Shown: positions 18,887 through 27,708, counted from the first letter of the stretch. The stretch: DNA of 64,000 nucleotides from an uncultured Eubacteriales bacterium (GCA_949077035.1 CARUPR010000008.1:5240-69239); one strand, 5' to 3'. Numbers and translations: made by a program. Notes: a model not told the origin generated them from the letters alone.

Positions 18887-18913
18887 ATTATACTCGGGGG
18901 GGGGTAAAGTCAA
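18887..18913 (-). promoter_or_regulatory. sigma-A-type promoter with a C9 homopolymer in a 15-nt spacer (predicted phase-variable)
   Basis: Minus strand reads TTGACT-TTA-CCCCCCCCC-GAG-TATAAT. The -10 ends 19 nt upstream of the lipoprotein ATG. Confidence 0.65.
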
Positions 18914-19072
18914 GGCTTTTATTAAAAATTTACCGAAAAATTTTGTCAAACTTTGCTTTTTAGTTGGTTGACTTAAAGATTTTTATAAAATCCTTCAAGA
19001 ATTATTGTTTTCAGTCACAAAAAATGTGGCATTTTCCCAAAAACAACAATTTTAAAATTAGTTGTATCTTTA

Positions 19073-19522
19073 TTATGTATAACTAGGGTTTTCGACTTTA
19101 TCCCAGATATCCCTTACATACTCGTCTTCGATTTTGGCATTTTGGATAAAGTCATCTTTGTCTGAAAAGTAATAGATATTTTCAGGGCTCCAACCAAATT
19201 CAATTTCATCCTCATCATCGCCTCTAGATAAATAAAAATTTTTGTCTTGATATTTAAATTCCATTTCACCATAAAAATCAAAACCTTCTAAAAAATCATC
19301 AATGGATGGTTTAAATCCTTTGCCAGCTGCATAAAATTTTTTTGCTTTGTTGAAAGAAATTAAATTGCGATATATTACTTGGTCTGGATTTTCTTCACAC
19401 ATAGAATCATTGAACCAACCACAATATGGACAAGGGTTTATATCAAACTCTGAAGTCATGTAAACTTTCCGACAAACAGCACATTTTTTCTGTATATTTT
19501 TTTCTAATGGATTTATTTTCAT
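19073..19522 (-). CDS. Cys-ribbon (CPCC-like) paralog 5, putative immunity-type protein
   Basis: N-terminal CxxC...CPYCGW zinc-ribbon pattern followed by NLISxNKAKK. The C-terminus ENIYYFSDKDDFIQNAKIEDEYVRDIWDKVENPSYT is shared with its paralogs. Confidence 0.7.
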   Translation of the reverse strand: MKINPLEKNIQKKCAVCRKVYMTSEFDINPCPYCGWFNDSMCEENPDQVIYRNLISFNKAKKFYAAGKGFKPSIDDFLEGFDFYGEMEFKYQDKNFYLSRGDDEDEIEFGWSPENIYYFSDKDDFIQNAKIEDEYVRDIWDKVENPSYT

Positions 19523-19534
19523 TTTATTCTCCTT

Positions 19535-19626
19535 TTAACAATTACTTAAATTAATTCCTTTCGTATATTTTTGTCTTTCTTTTCCTTTTGGTTTTGTCCA
19601 ATCCCAATAATGGTCATGGGGGAAGT
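19535..19626 (-). pseudogene. 3' remnant of a second allele of the 104-aa His-rich gene
   Basis: Translates to FPHDHYWDWTKPKGKERQKYTKGINLSNC*. It is homologous at DNA level to 21773-21870, and no start codon or N-terminal part is present. Confidence 0.6.
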
Positions 19627-19664
19627 ATAATACTATAATTGTATAGGAGATTATGAGGTGGTTT

Positions 19665-20138
19665 TTATTGCAACCAATATCTGTCGGTTGTTTCGCTCCA
19701 AATGTCTTTTAATAGTTTACCTTCAACTTTTGCGTTGCTTTTAAATTCTTCATCATTATTAAAATAAATCATTTCTTTGGTCTGGGAGTTGTAAAGGCTT
19801 ATCTTTATAGCTTGTTTATTTTCAAACACTAGTTCAACAGCATAATAAACCCCATTGTATTCAAATTGCATTTCGCTATATCCATGTAATGCCTCTAAAA
19901 ATTCATCTAAATTGGGCTCAAAAGGTTTTCCTTCTTTGTAGAGCTGTCTTGCTTTATTTAGTGAAATTAAATTGGGATGAATTACATTATTGGGATTTAT
20001 ATCTGCAAAATGATTGTTTTTCCATTTGCAATTTTGGCAATCTCCTTGTTCATAAATATCTTTTTCTATAATTTCTCCACAAACCGAACATGGTTTTTCA
20101 AATACTTTATAATATAAATTATTTTTTTTATTTTTCAT
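19665..20138 (-). CDS. Cys-ribbon (CPCC-like) paralog 4
   Basis: CSVCG...CQNCKW ribbon, HPNLISLNKARQLYKEGKPF, and a divergent C-terminus. Confidence 0.7.
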   Translation of the reverse strand: MKNKKNNLYYKVFEKPCSVCGEIIEKDIYEQGDCQNCKWKNNHFADINPNNVIHPNLISLNKARQLYKEGKPFEPNLDEFLEALHGYSEMQFEYNGVYYAVELVFENKQAIKISLYNSQTKEMIYFNNDEEFKSNAKVEGKLLKDIWSETTDRYWLQ

Positions 20139-20230
20139 AATATTTACCTTTTAACATAAGCTTGAATTTGTTTTTTGTCCATCTAATCCTGTTTGAGTTG
20201 GCTATGTGTTTGGAATAATATTGATATTTT

Positions 20231-20695
20231 TTATGTATAACTAGGGTTTTCGACTTTATCCCAAATATCTCTTACATACTCGTTTCCGATTTTGGCATTT
20301 TGGATAAAGTCATCTTTGTCTGAAAAGTAATATATATTTTCAGGGCTCCAACCGAATTCAATTTTTGTTTGGTTTTTATCATTATCATCATAGATAAGAA
20401 AAACACAACATTCTTTTTCTTTATACCAAAATTCAACTTCGCCATAAAAATAAAGCATATTAAGGAAATCATTTAAATCTGGTCTTAAAGGTTTTCCTTC
20501 CTTAACAAGTTTTTTGGCTTTGTTTTCTGATACAACATTAGGGAAAATTATATTATCTTCATTTTCGCCATCGAAATTTGAATTATACCAACCACAATAA
20601 TCACAATCCCCATGGCCCAATTTATCATATTTTATCATTTTTCCGCAAATATTACATTTTTTGTCTATAATTTTTTCATATGGATTATTTTTCAT
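20231..20695 (-). CDS. Cys-ribbon (CPCC-like) paralog 3
   Basis: CNICG...CDYCGW ribbon. The last ~130 nt are near-identical to paralogs 1 and 5. Confidence 0.7.
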   Translation of the reverse strand: MKNNPYEKIIDKKCNICGKMIKYDKLGHGDCDYCGWYNSNFDGENEDNIIFPNVVSENKAKKLVKEGKPLRPDLNDFLNMLYFYGEVEFWYKEKECCVFLIYDDNDKNQTKIEFGWSPENIYYFSDKDDFIQNAKIGNEYVRDIWDKVENPSYT

Positions 20696-20734
20696 TTTAT
20701 TTTCCTATGAATGATAAGATTTTAATAAATTTTA

Positions 20735-21181
20735 TTATAAATAACTAGGGTTTTCGACTTTTACCCAAATATCTCTTACATACTCATTTTCAATTTTCGC
20801 ATTTGCGATAAAATCATCTTTGTTTTTAAAAAACAATGTTCCGTTTCCCCAGCACATTTCAATGCCATTATCTCCATGTCGGAATAAGCTATAGCCTATT
20901 TGGTTGTAGTCAAAACTTGTTTCTCCGTAAAATTCAAAGGCTTCAAGAAAATCATCCAATGAAGGACATAATTTTTTGTTCTGTTGATATAGCTTTTTTG
21001 CAGTATTTAGAGATATCAGGTTAGAAAAGATGACTTTATCTGGAAACTCACAATAAATTGTTCCATTATACCATCCACAATTAAAACATTCTCCTTGTTC
21101 ATAAATGTCTGCCATATATTTATTTCCACAAACAGCGCAATGCTTTTCAAATACTTTATCATAAATATTATTGTTTTTCAT
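20735..21181 (-). CDS. Cys-ribbon (CPCC-like) paralog 2
   Basis: CAVCG...CFNCGW ribbon and a related C-terminal KDDFIANAKIENEYVRDIWVKVENPSYL. Confidence 0.7.
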   Translation of the reverse strand: MKNNNIYDKVFEKHCAVCGNKYMADIYEQGECFNCGWYNGTIYCEFPDKVIFSNLISLNTAKKLYQQNKKLCPSLDDFLEAFEFYGETSFDYNQIGYSLFRHGDNGIEMCWGNGTLFFKNKDDFIANAKIENEYVRDIWVKVENPSYL

Positions 21182-21191
21182 ATTTTACTCC

Positions 21192-21250
21192 TATGAACAA
21201 AATGATGTATTGGTATATTTCCTACCATCAGAGCCATACCACCTTTGTAA
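21192..21250 (-). pseudogene. internal remnant of the His-rich gene
   Basis: Reads QRWYGSDGRKYTNTSFCS*. The segment accatcagagccataccacctttg matches 21930-21955 of the intact gene (QQRWYGPDG). Confidence 0.45.
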
Positions 21251-21297
21251 TTTAAACTTTATTTGAGTTTGCTATGTGTTTGGTATATTATTGATTT

Positions 21298-21759
21298 TTA
21301 TGTATAACTAGGGTTTTCGACTTTATCCCAGATATCTCTTACATACTCGTCTTCGATTTTGGCATTTGCGATAAAGTCATCTTTGTCTGAAAAGTAATAT
21401 ATATTTTCAGGGCTCCAACCAAATTCAATTTTTGAAATGTCACCATTATTTTTGTGCAATAAAATTACACAACATTCTTTTTCTTTATACCAAAATTCAA
21501 CTTCGCTATAAGAGTATAACATATCAAGGAAATCATTTAAATCTGGTCTTAAAGGTTTTCCTTCCTTAATAAGTTTTTTTGCTTTGTTTTTAGATACAAC
21601 ATTAGGGAAGGTTACATATTCTTCATTTTCATCGCCGAATTTATCGTTAAACCAACCACAATTTGAGCAAGCTCCATTGCCGCTGCTATCTACCAAAAGA
21701 CTTTTGTCGCAAACAGAACATTTGCTCTTTATATTTTTTTCAAATGGATTTATTTTCAT
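21298..21759 (-). CDS. Cys-ribbon (CPCC-like) paralog 1
   Basis: CSVCD...CSNCGW ribbon. Begins 14 nt after the stop of the 104-aa gene. Confidence 0.7.
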   Translation of the reverse strand: MKINPFEKNIKSKCSVCDKSLLVDSSGNGACSNCGWFNDKFGDENEEYVTFPNVVSKNKAKKLIKEGKPLRPDLNDFLDMLYSYSEVEFWYKEKECCVILLHKNNGDISKIEFGWSPENIYYFSDKDDFIANAKIEDEYVRDIWDKVENPSYT

Positions 21760-21772
21760 TTTTATCTCCTTC

Positions 21773-22087
21773 TTAGCATTTACTTAAATTTATTTTTTCA
21801 TTATTCGGTCCTTTATATTCAAGCCTTTGTTTTCCTGGTGGCTTTGTCCAATCCCAATAATGGTCGTGGGGGAAAGTATGATTATGATGTGCATTTCCAT
21901 GAGCCCAATCTCTATCCCATATTGCAAGACCATCAGGTCCATACCATCTTTGTTGAAGCAATTTTTTTGTTTTTTCATCATAGTAATCTATTCTAATATT
22001 TGGTTTTTCACTCCATCTTTCATGTATATTAGACCTATAAGGTCCAAACATATCAAATTTCCCGCCGCTTGATTTACACATTCCCAT
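21773..22087 (-). CDS. small His/Trp-rich protein (104 aa), putative toxin-type module
   Basis: Motif RWYGPDGLAIWDRDWAHGNAHHNHTFPHDHYWDW. Its ATG overlaps the stop of the upstream gene (ATAATGG), implying translational coupling. Truncated copies occur downstream. Confidence 0.6.
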   Translation of the reverse strand: MGMCKSSGGKFDMFGPYRSNIHERWSEKPNIRIDYYDEKTKKLLQQRWYGPDGLAIWDRDWAHGNAHHNHTFPHDHYWDWTKPPGKQRLEYKGPNNEKINLSKC

Positions 22088-22905
22088 TATAGCACCTCCT
22101 GTGGCAAAACTTCAAATGTTTTGGATATTGTTTCTCCACCAATGCCAACAAGTTTAAATTTTAAATTTTTTCCTATTATTTCTTTTATTTTTAATTTTGT
22201 GGCGAATGGGCCGATGACATTATATTTTTTATCTATTATTTTATCATCTAAAATCCACTCAATTCTGTCGGTGAATAGGGTTTTTACTTGAATAGTTCCT
22301 TGATAATTGTCGACTTCTATTGAAACAATTTTTGGGGCACCTATTAAGTAATCGTTTCTTTTTATTTCAAATAGTTTTTTCATATCTTCATATGATAGCG
22401 AAAACCAATCTACATCTTGATATGGATTTTTTATTAGGGGAATGGTGTTTTGTTTTATTTCAATTCCGTTGCCGCCAAAACATTTTAAATCTGCAACCAT
22501 TTTCCACCTAAAGACCTTATTTCTCTCTTTATAATCTATTATTGCTTTATTTAGATGTGATGCAAATTGCATTTCTGAGCATTTGTTGACTTTTATAAAA
22601 TGCTTCTCAGCCTCTTCACCAAAGCCCAATCTTACAGAGTTTTTAAAATGTTTTACGCCATGGCATCTTGAGCAAATTGCAATAATTTTTGTCAATATTT
22701 GAGTTTTTCTTTTTATGTCAAAATCCCATTCCTCATGTGCATCAAGCTCATCTGTTTCATATCCGCAAATCTCACACCTGCCTTTTGCTCTTTTTAGGGC
22801 ATATTTGCGAAGGATATCCCAGTCATTTTTTGGCAGGGTTTTGCTTAAGTCATTATTCCATGCTCCTTTTGGAAGCATATTTATTGTAAGTTTCATCTCT
22901 TCCAT
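22087..22905 (-). CDS. HNH-type zinc-finger nuclease-like protein with an unknown C-terminal domain
   Basis: CEICGYETDELDAHEEWDFD...QILTKIIAICSRCHGVKH gives a CxxC...H-E...CxxCH..H pattern. SD AGGAGG lies 6 nt upstream. Confidence 0.6.
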   Translation of the reverse strand: MEEMKLTINMLPKGAWNNDLSKTLPKNDWDILRKYALKRAKGRCEICGYETDELDAHEEWDFDIKRKTQILTKIIAICSRCHGVKHFKNSVRLGFGEEAEKHFIKVNKCSEMQFASHLNKAIIDYKERNKVFRWKMVADLKCFGGNGIEIKQNTIPLIKNPYQDVDWFSLSYEDMKKLFEIKRNDYLIGAPKIVSIEVDNYQGTIQVKTLFTDRIEWILDDKIIDKKYNVIGPFATKLKIKEIIGKNLKFKLVGIGGETISKTFEVLPQEVL

Positions 22906-22915
22906 AGCCTGCCTC

Positions 22916-23650
22916 CTATATTTCTGGATAAAGCTGGCCGGCGAGATATCTTTTTGTAAACTCTTCTAAGCCTATCTTTTTTATCAAATTTTCGCTATCG
23001 AAAGGGTCTATTGCTTTTATATTGCCTTTCATTTCTTTAAAAGGTGTGCCATAACAAATGATTGCGCTCGGTTTTATTTTTTCCATCATAATTTCATAGC
23101 CTTCCATAAATCCCTTCTTGTTGTCTTCTCTTGTGTATGTTGAAACTGCCACAACAGAGCCCTCTTCAACACCGTCACAAAAGAATTCAAAGCAATCATA
23201 AGAGCCCCATGAAATTGTTGGAATTACAAGCATCCCTTGTCTTTGCCAAAAGGCGCCGCACCAACGATTTTTGAAAACGCTATCAATCTGCCGGGCAAGG
23301 GGCATATCTTTATAGGTGCTAAACTCGGGTGTCAACAATGCATAGTATTGGTCCAGTTTTTCTAGGGCTTGTGCTGGTTTGTCATAGACAGTTTCAAAAT
23401 TCCAATCGTAGGTAAAAAAGTGGATGGATTTATTTTTGTTTTCAACATCATCATTTTTTGTTTTTAAAAAGCTTAATAATTCAATTTTGTCTAAATCAAT
23501 TTTTTGCTTTTTGATAAGTGGCATTCCATATTTGCCAGTTTTTTCAAATTCGTTTCTTACAAGTTTTTGTTTTTTATGTCGCTTTTCTTCATAATAATCA
23601 TAATCATTAGTAAAAGAAAAAAGCGAACTCAGTTGTTCGTTTTTAATCAT
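22916..23650 (-). CDS. DUF4417-like protein
   Basis: Pattern IHFFTYDWNFE...LLTPEFSTYKDMPLARQIDSVFKNRWCGAFWQRQGMLVIPTISW matches my recollection of DUF4417. First gene of the operon. Confidence 0.55.
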   Translation of the reverse strand: MIKNEQLSSLFSFTNDYDYYEEKRHKKQKLVRNEFEKTGKYGMPLIKKQKIDLDKIELLSFLKTKNDDVENKNKSIHFFTYDWNFETVYDKPAQALEKLDQYYALLTPEFSTYKDMPLARQIDSVFKNRWCGAFWQRQGMLVIPTISWGSYDCFEFFCDGVEEGSVVAVSTYTREDNKKGFMEGYEIMMEKIKPSAIICYGTPFKEMKGNIKAIDPFDSENLIKKIGLEEFTKRYLAGQLYPEI

Positions 23651-23911
23651 TTTTATTCTCCTTTTTAAAAGACTTTTGCCTTTGGAGATAATGTATCATG
23701 AGAAAATTCTGTATTTCAAGTTTTACTGCCAACTTTTGGCATTTATTTTTAAATTTTTAATAAAAATTATATTCAATCTTTTTTAATATAAAATTGACAA
23801 TATAGGCTGAATTGCTTTAAAAAGCTTGCGTCTATTTAAGTGTTTTAAAGGAATTACTTTGCTATTGTTTATCTTGCCTGCTTAGAATATTGCAGGTTGT
23901 TTGAAGTGCAG

Positions 23912-23940
23912 AAAAAAAGCATATCGTGTGATATGCTTTA
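23912..23940 (-). terminator. intrinsic terminator (GCATATC-stem family)
   Basis: aaaaaaagcatatc-gtgt-gatatgcttt. Confidence 0.6.
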
Positions 23941-23942
23941 TA

Positions 23943-24359
23943 CTATTTTTCAAGTTCTTCTTCAAGGCTATTCTCAACAATTGCAATCTGTTTGTCCACC
24001 TTTGCTTGAAGGAAGTTTTTTAAATCGGTGACATATTCTTTAGAGTTGCCGTATAATTTTGCTGTTTCAATTCTGAAATTGTTTGTTGTATCTTCATCTG
24101 TTTTATAATTTTTTTTAATTCTATCACCAACAGAAATTTCAAAATCATTATGTATAATATAATATTCTCCAAAATCAAGAAAATCTCCTATATCAAGGCC
24201 TATTGTTTCAAATTCTTATATCCTTAAACAATAGCTATTATTAATAACCGAGCATTTACAATTTTTCATATTTTCTTTAAGTGGAATGTTGCTTATTTTT
24301 GATATAATTTCGCAGGCGGTTTTTTTATTTTTAATATATTTAAAATTATAAATTCTCAT
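23943..24359 (-). pseudogene. disrupted small gene (138 codons with one in-frame TAA)
   Basis: ATG at 24359 follows AAGGAGA. The frame is open to the TAG at 23943-23945 except for a TAA at 24216-24218 (codon 48). Confidence 0.55.
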
Positions 24360-24535
24360 ATCTCCTTTGTTTTTATTATATCATACATATTTTATAAGTC
24401 AACAAATAAAATTAATATTCATCATCTATTAATATAAAACTTATGTATTTTTTAGTTTGTAATCTATTTTAGTTGTGAATTGTTTATTTGTATGATTTAA
24501 AATTTTATCAAGGTGGCGGCCTAAAGCTTTTGTTT

Positions 24536-24871
24536 CTAAGAATTATAATCATAGGGAATTTTATTTTTTCTTTCTCCAAGTAAATTTAAAATATACCCAT
24601 CTTCAACTTTGCACCACCAATGGGGGTCATTTTTGGGAAGGTCTTGCAAGATTGATTGGTCTGAAAGTTTATTATCTTTGACCAGTTCTAAATCTTTTAC
24701 GTGAACCAATATTTCAGCATAATCGCTTCCATCAGGTCTTGAAAATACGACTTCAAATTTATTTTCTCTAAGCCAAGCAAATATTATAGTGCCGATTGCG
24801 CCCTTAAAGACGCCTTCTTTTTCATATTTTTCTTTGCTTACAGTGACTCTTACTTGGTCTAACCATTTCAT
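24536..24871 (-). CDS. small protein, DUF4926-like N-terminal half (antitoxin/immunity-like)
   Basis: The SH3-like pattern VRVTVSKEKYEKEGVFKGAIGTIIFAW...FEVVFSRPDG resembles DUF4926. 4-nt overlap with the upstream ORF. Confidence 0.45.
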   Translation of the reverse strand: MKWLDQVRVTVSKEKYEKEGVFKGAIGTIIFAWLRENKFEVVFSRPDGSDYAEILVHVKDLELVKDNKLSDQSILQDLPKNDPHWWCKVEDGYILNLLGERKNKIPYDYNS

Positions 24872-25161
24872 TGTTTTCCTCCTTTAATCTTTTTATTAAG
24901 TGAGGCAATTTTAATTTTGCCGTTTGGCCATACGACACAACCTATATGGCAATTAAATTTTTCGTGAGAATGTTCATTCTTGCCATCTAAAATAAAATTT
25001 ATTTGAATATGTTGTCTATTTTCATTTAAAGTTTTTAATTGATATCTATTATTAAGAAAACCTTGTGAAACTTCTTGTGAAATTTTTTTATACAATTCAT
25101 TTGCATTTTCTTTATTATATCCCATACTTCTCATCATTGCAAACTTATTTGGTTCATACAA
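24868..25161 (-). CDS. small protein, possibly DUF6883-like toxin-type module or a remnant
   Basis: FAMMRSMGYNKENANELYKKI... then ...CHIGCVVWPNGKIKI loosely fits the DUF6883 pattern. No SD upstream of either candidate ATG. Confidence 0.3.
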   Translation of the reverse strand: MYEPNKFAMMRSMGYNKENANELYKKISQEVSQGFLNNRYQLKTLNENRQHIQINFILDGKNEHSHEKFNCHIGCVVWPNGKIKIASLNKKIKGGKQ

Positions 25162-25256
25162 TAAATATTTGGTAATTTTATCTAGTTGAATATTTTTGAA
25201 AAAATATTGATTTTTTAGTTAATTTGTGTTATTTATAATAATGAAGGAGAAATATT

Positions 25257-26788
25257 ATGAATAAAAAATCTATTAAAAGTTTTTTATTTCTTTTTTTATT
25301 TTGTTAGTTCCAGGTTTATTTTTTGCTGGATGTGGTGCAACTAAGCTCACAATTACTTTTGATACTAATGGTGGTAGTTTTATAGAAAGAGTTTTAGTAA
25401 AATCGGGGGAAAGTATTTCAAAACCAACTGACCCTATCAAAGAAGATTATATATTTGATGGTTGGTTTTGGGATGAGGATTTTCAACTCGCGTTTAGATT
25501 TGGTGAGGATAAAATTACAAAAGATACAATACTTTATGCAAAATGGCGTCAACCTAAAACATTTGAAATAACATTTAATTCTAATGGCGGGTCTAAGGTG
25601 CCAAACCAATATATGCAGGAGGGTGGAAGTTTTGCAAAGCCAGAGATGCCAACACGAGTTGGCTATGTTTTTGATGATTGGTATCTAAATAATGGGCAGA
25701 AATTTGACTTTGACGTTGATTTCAAAAACATAATTGAGGACACAACTCTTTTTGCACGTTGGAATGCACTTTTTACACTCAGTCAAGAAGGAACAGCAAT
25801 TACAGGTTTGACAGATTATTCTCGAAATATTAAGAATTTAGTTATTCCAGATGAAATTGATGGGAATGTAATTACTACATTAAAGGAAGGCGCACTTGCA
25901 GGTGGAAAATTTGAAACCCTTGAATTCGGTAAAGATTTAAAAACATTTGAAAGTAAACAATTCATAGGAAAGGCATTAAGTGAAAACCCATTAAAAGAAG
26001 TTTATTTTAATGGAACCATTGACGATTGGGTTAAAATCTTATTCGCTGATACAAGCCCTCTGTGTGCAAATTTTGATGGTGTAAAACTATTTGCAGATGA
26101 CGAAGAAGTTTCAGGGAATATTGCTATTACTGCTAATGTAAATTATATTCAACCTTATGCTTTTGCTGGTCTTAAAATTACGGGTGTAACATTGCCAGAA
26201 AGTGTAAAATTTATTGGGAATTCAGCTTTTTACAACTGCTCAAAACTCACAACTATAAATTTGGAGAAAGTTGTTTATATTTATGAAGGCGCCTTTTGGG
26301 GCTGTGCAGAACTGCAAAGCGTGTCACTTGATTTGGCTCAAAAGATTTTCAAGAAAGCATTCTTTGAATGTTTAAAACTAAAAGATGTCAAAGTAGGCTC
26401 TTATTTAAATGAAGTTCAACAAGAAGCCTTTCTTGCTTGTCCAATTGAGAAAATTGATTTAGCAATTACTCGTCTTGAAAAATTGGGAGAAAAGGCTTTT
26501 GGATGCACTGCATTACGAGAGGTGAAACTTCCATATACTTTGACAGAATATCACTTAGATTCCTTTTTTAACTGCATGTCCCTTAAGACGATGATAATTG
26601 ATTCAAATACAATATATCAAAATTTATCTCAAAAGCCATCCTTCTGTGGAGGTTTGACAACTTTTAAAGTTTCCGATTCGGTTATTCAAAATTCGGGAGA
26701 AAATACTTGGCTTTACAACACAGAAATATTTACACACACTCAAGAAAACGGGTATCATGTTTTCACTTTTAATTATGCAGTAAAATAA
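25257..26788 (+). CDS. surface lipoprotein with Listeria-Bacteroides (Flg_new) repeats and BspA-type LRRs, frameshifted in the signal peptide
   Basis: Strong SD GAAGGAGA plus ATG 25257 encodes MNKKSIKSFLFLFLFC*. The long ORF (25301..26788, LVPGLFFAGCG...) is in another frame, and one extra T in the T7 run 25291-25297 fuses them. Repeats ITFDTNGG...GWF and LRR_5-like IGNSAFYNCSKLTTINL are present. Confidence 0.75.
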
Positions 26789-26835
26789 TTCTAAAATCGA
26801 TTGTAAGTAAATAAAATAAACATAAGGGAGGCCTT

Positions 26836-27522
26836 ATGTTTTTTATTTTAAAGAAAAAGGCGATTATCGCCTGGCTATTAGGAGTTTTACTCATAGCAAC
26901 CTTTTGTGCCACATATTTTTCTATTAAAACTAATGCAATGCCAAAGCCGCTTCACACTATTGTCATTGATGCCGGTCATGGCGGTAGGGATGGTGGAGCA
27001 ATTGGCTCGGCAACAGGGGTGACCGAAAGTGAACTTAATCTTATGTATGCAAAAAAACTTGCAAAGCTTTGTGAAGATTTTGGAATCAAGGCTGTGCTTA
27101 CCCGAAGTGATATGAATGGGCTCTATGATGAAAATGCACAAAACAAGAAAAAGAGTGAAATGGAAAAAAGGAAAAGCATTATAAATGGTTGTGGTGCTGA
27201 TATCATGGTCAGTATTCATATGAATTCTTTTCCACTTTCCTCAAGTGAAGGTGCACAAATTTTTTACGCAAAGGGCAGTGAAAATGGATTTAATCTTGCA
27301 AAAAGTGTGCAAACAAGTGTGTGTCAGTCTTTTAAAAGCGCAAGAGATTATGTAAGTGTTGGTGACTATTATGTGATAAACACAGCGAAGATGCCTGCCA
27401 TTTTGGTTGAGTGCGGTTTTTTATCAAATCCAAATGAAGAGCGGCTTTTGAAAAGCAATGATTACTGCGAAAAATTTTGCTATTCGATTCTTGCAGGTGT
27501 AATTTCATATTTTGAAATATGA
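26836..27522 (+). CDS. cwlD: germination-specific N-acetylmuramoyl-L-alanine amidase
   Basis: N-terminal TM helix, IDAGHGGRDGGA, MVSIHMNSF and GAQIFY. Size is typical of CwlD. Confidence 0.8.
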   Translation: MFFILKKKAIIAWLLGVLLIATFCATYFSIKTNAMPKPLHTIVIDAGHGGRDGGAIGSATGVTESELNLMYAKKLAKLCEDFGIKAVLTRSDMNGLYDENAQNKKKSEMEKRKSIINGCGADIMVSIHMNSFPLSSSEGAQIFYAKGSENGFNLAKSVQTSVCQSFKSARDYVSVGDYYVINTAKMPAILVECGFLSNPNEERLLKSNDYCEKFCYSILAGVISYFEI

Positions 27523-27708
27523 TTTTTTAGAGTAAACGAGTTTTATTTAAAAAATGCGGTTTATAAATTTTATGTTTTAATAATCAGAAACAAAATTTAA
27601 CTTCAAAAAATAATATATCGTCAATTATTTTGACAAGAAAGTTGATTTTTGATATATTTATAATAGAATATAGGCAAAATAAAACAAAAGTTTAAATGGG
27701 AGGATATT

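Noticed and set aside
24216-24218. Alternative genetic code or stop-codon readthrough explaining the in-frame TAA
   Set aside because: TAA terminates many unambiguous genes here (def, rlmN, ppdK). TAG (fmt) and TGA (dnaX, XRE 32049..32252) are also used as stops. A single nonsense mutation is the simpler explanation.
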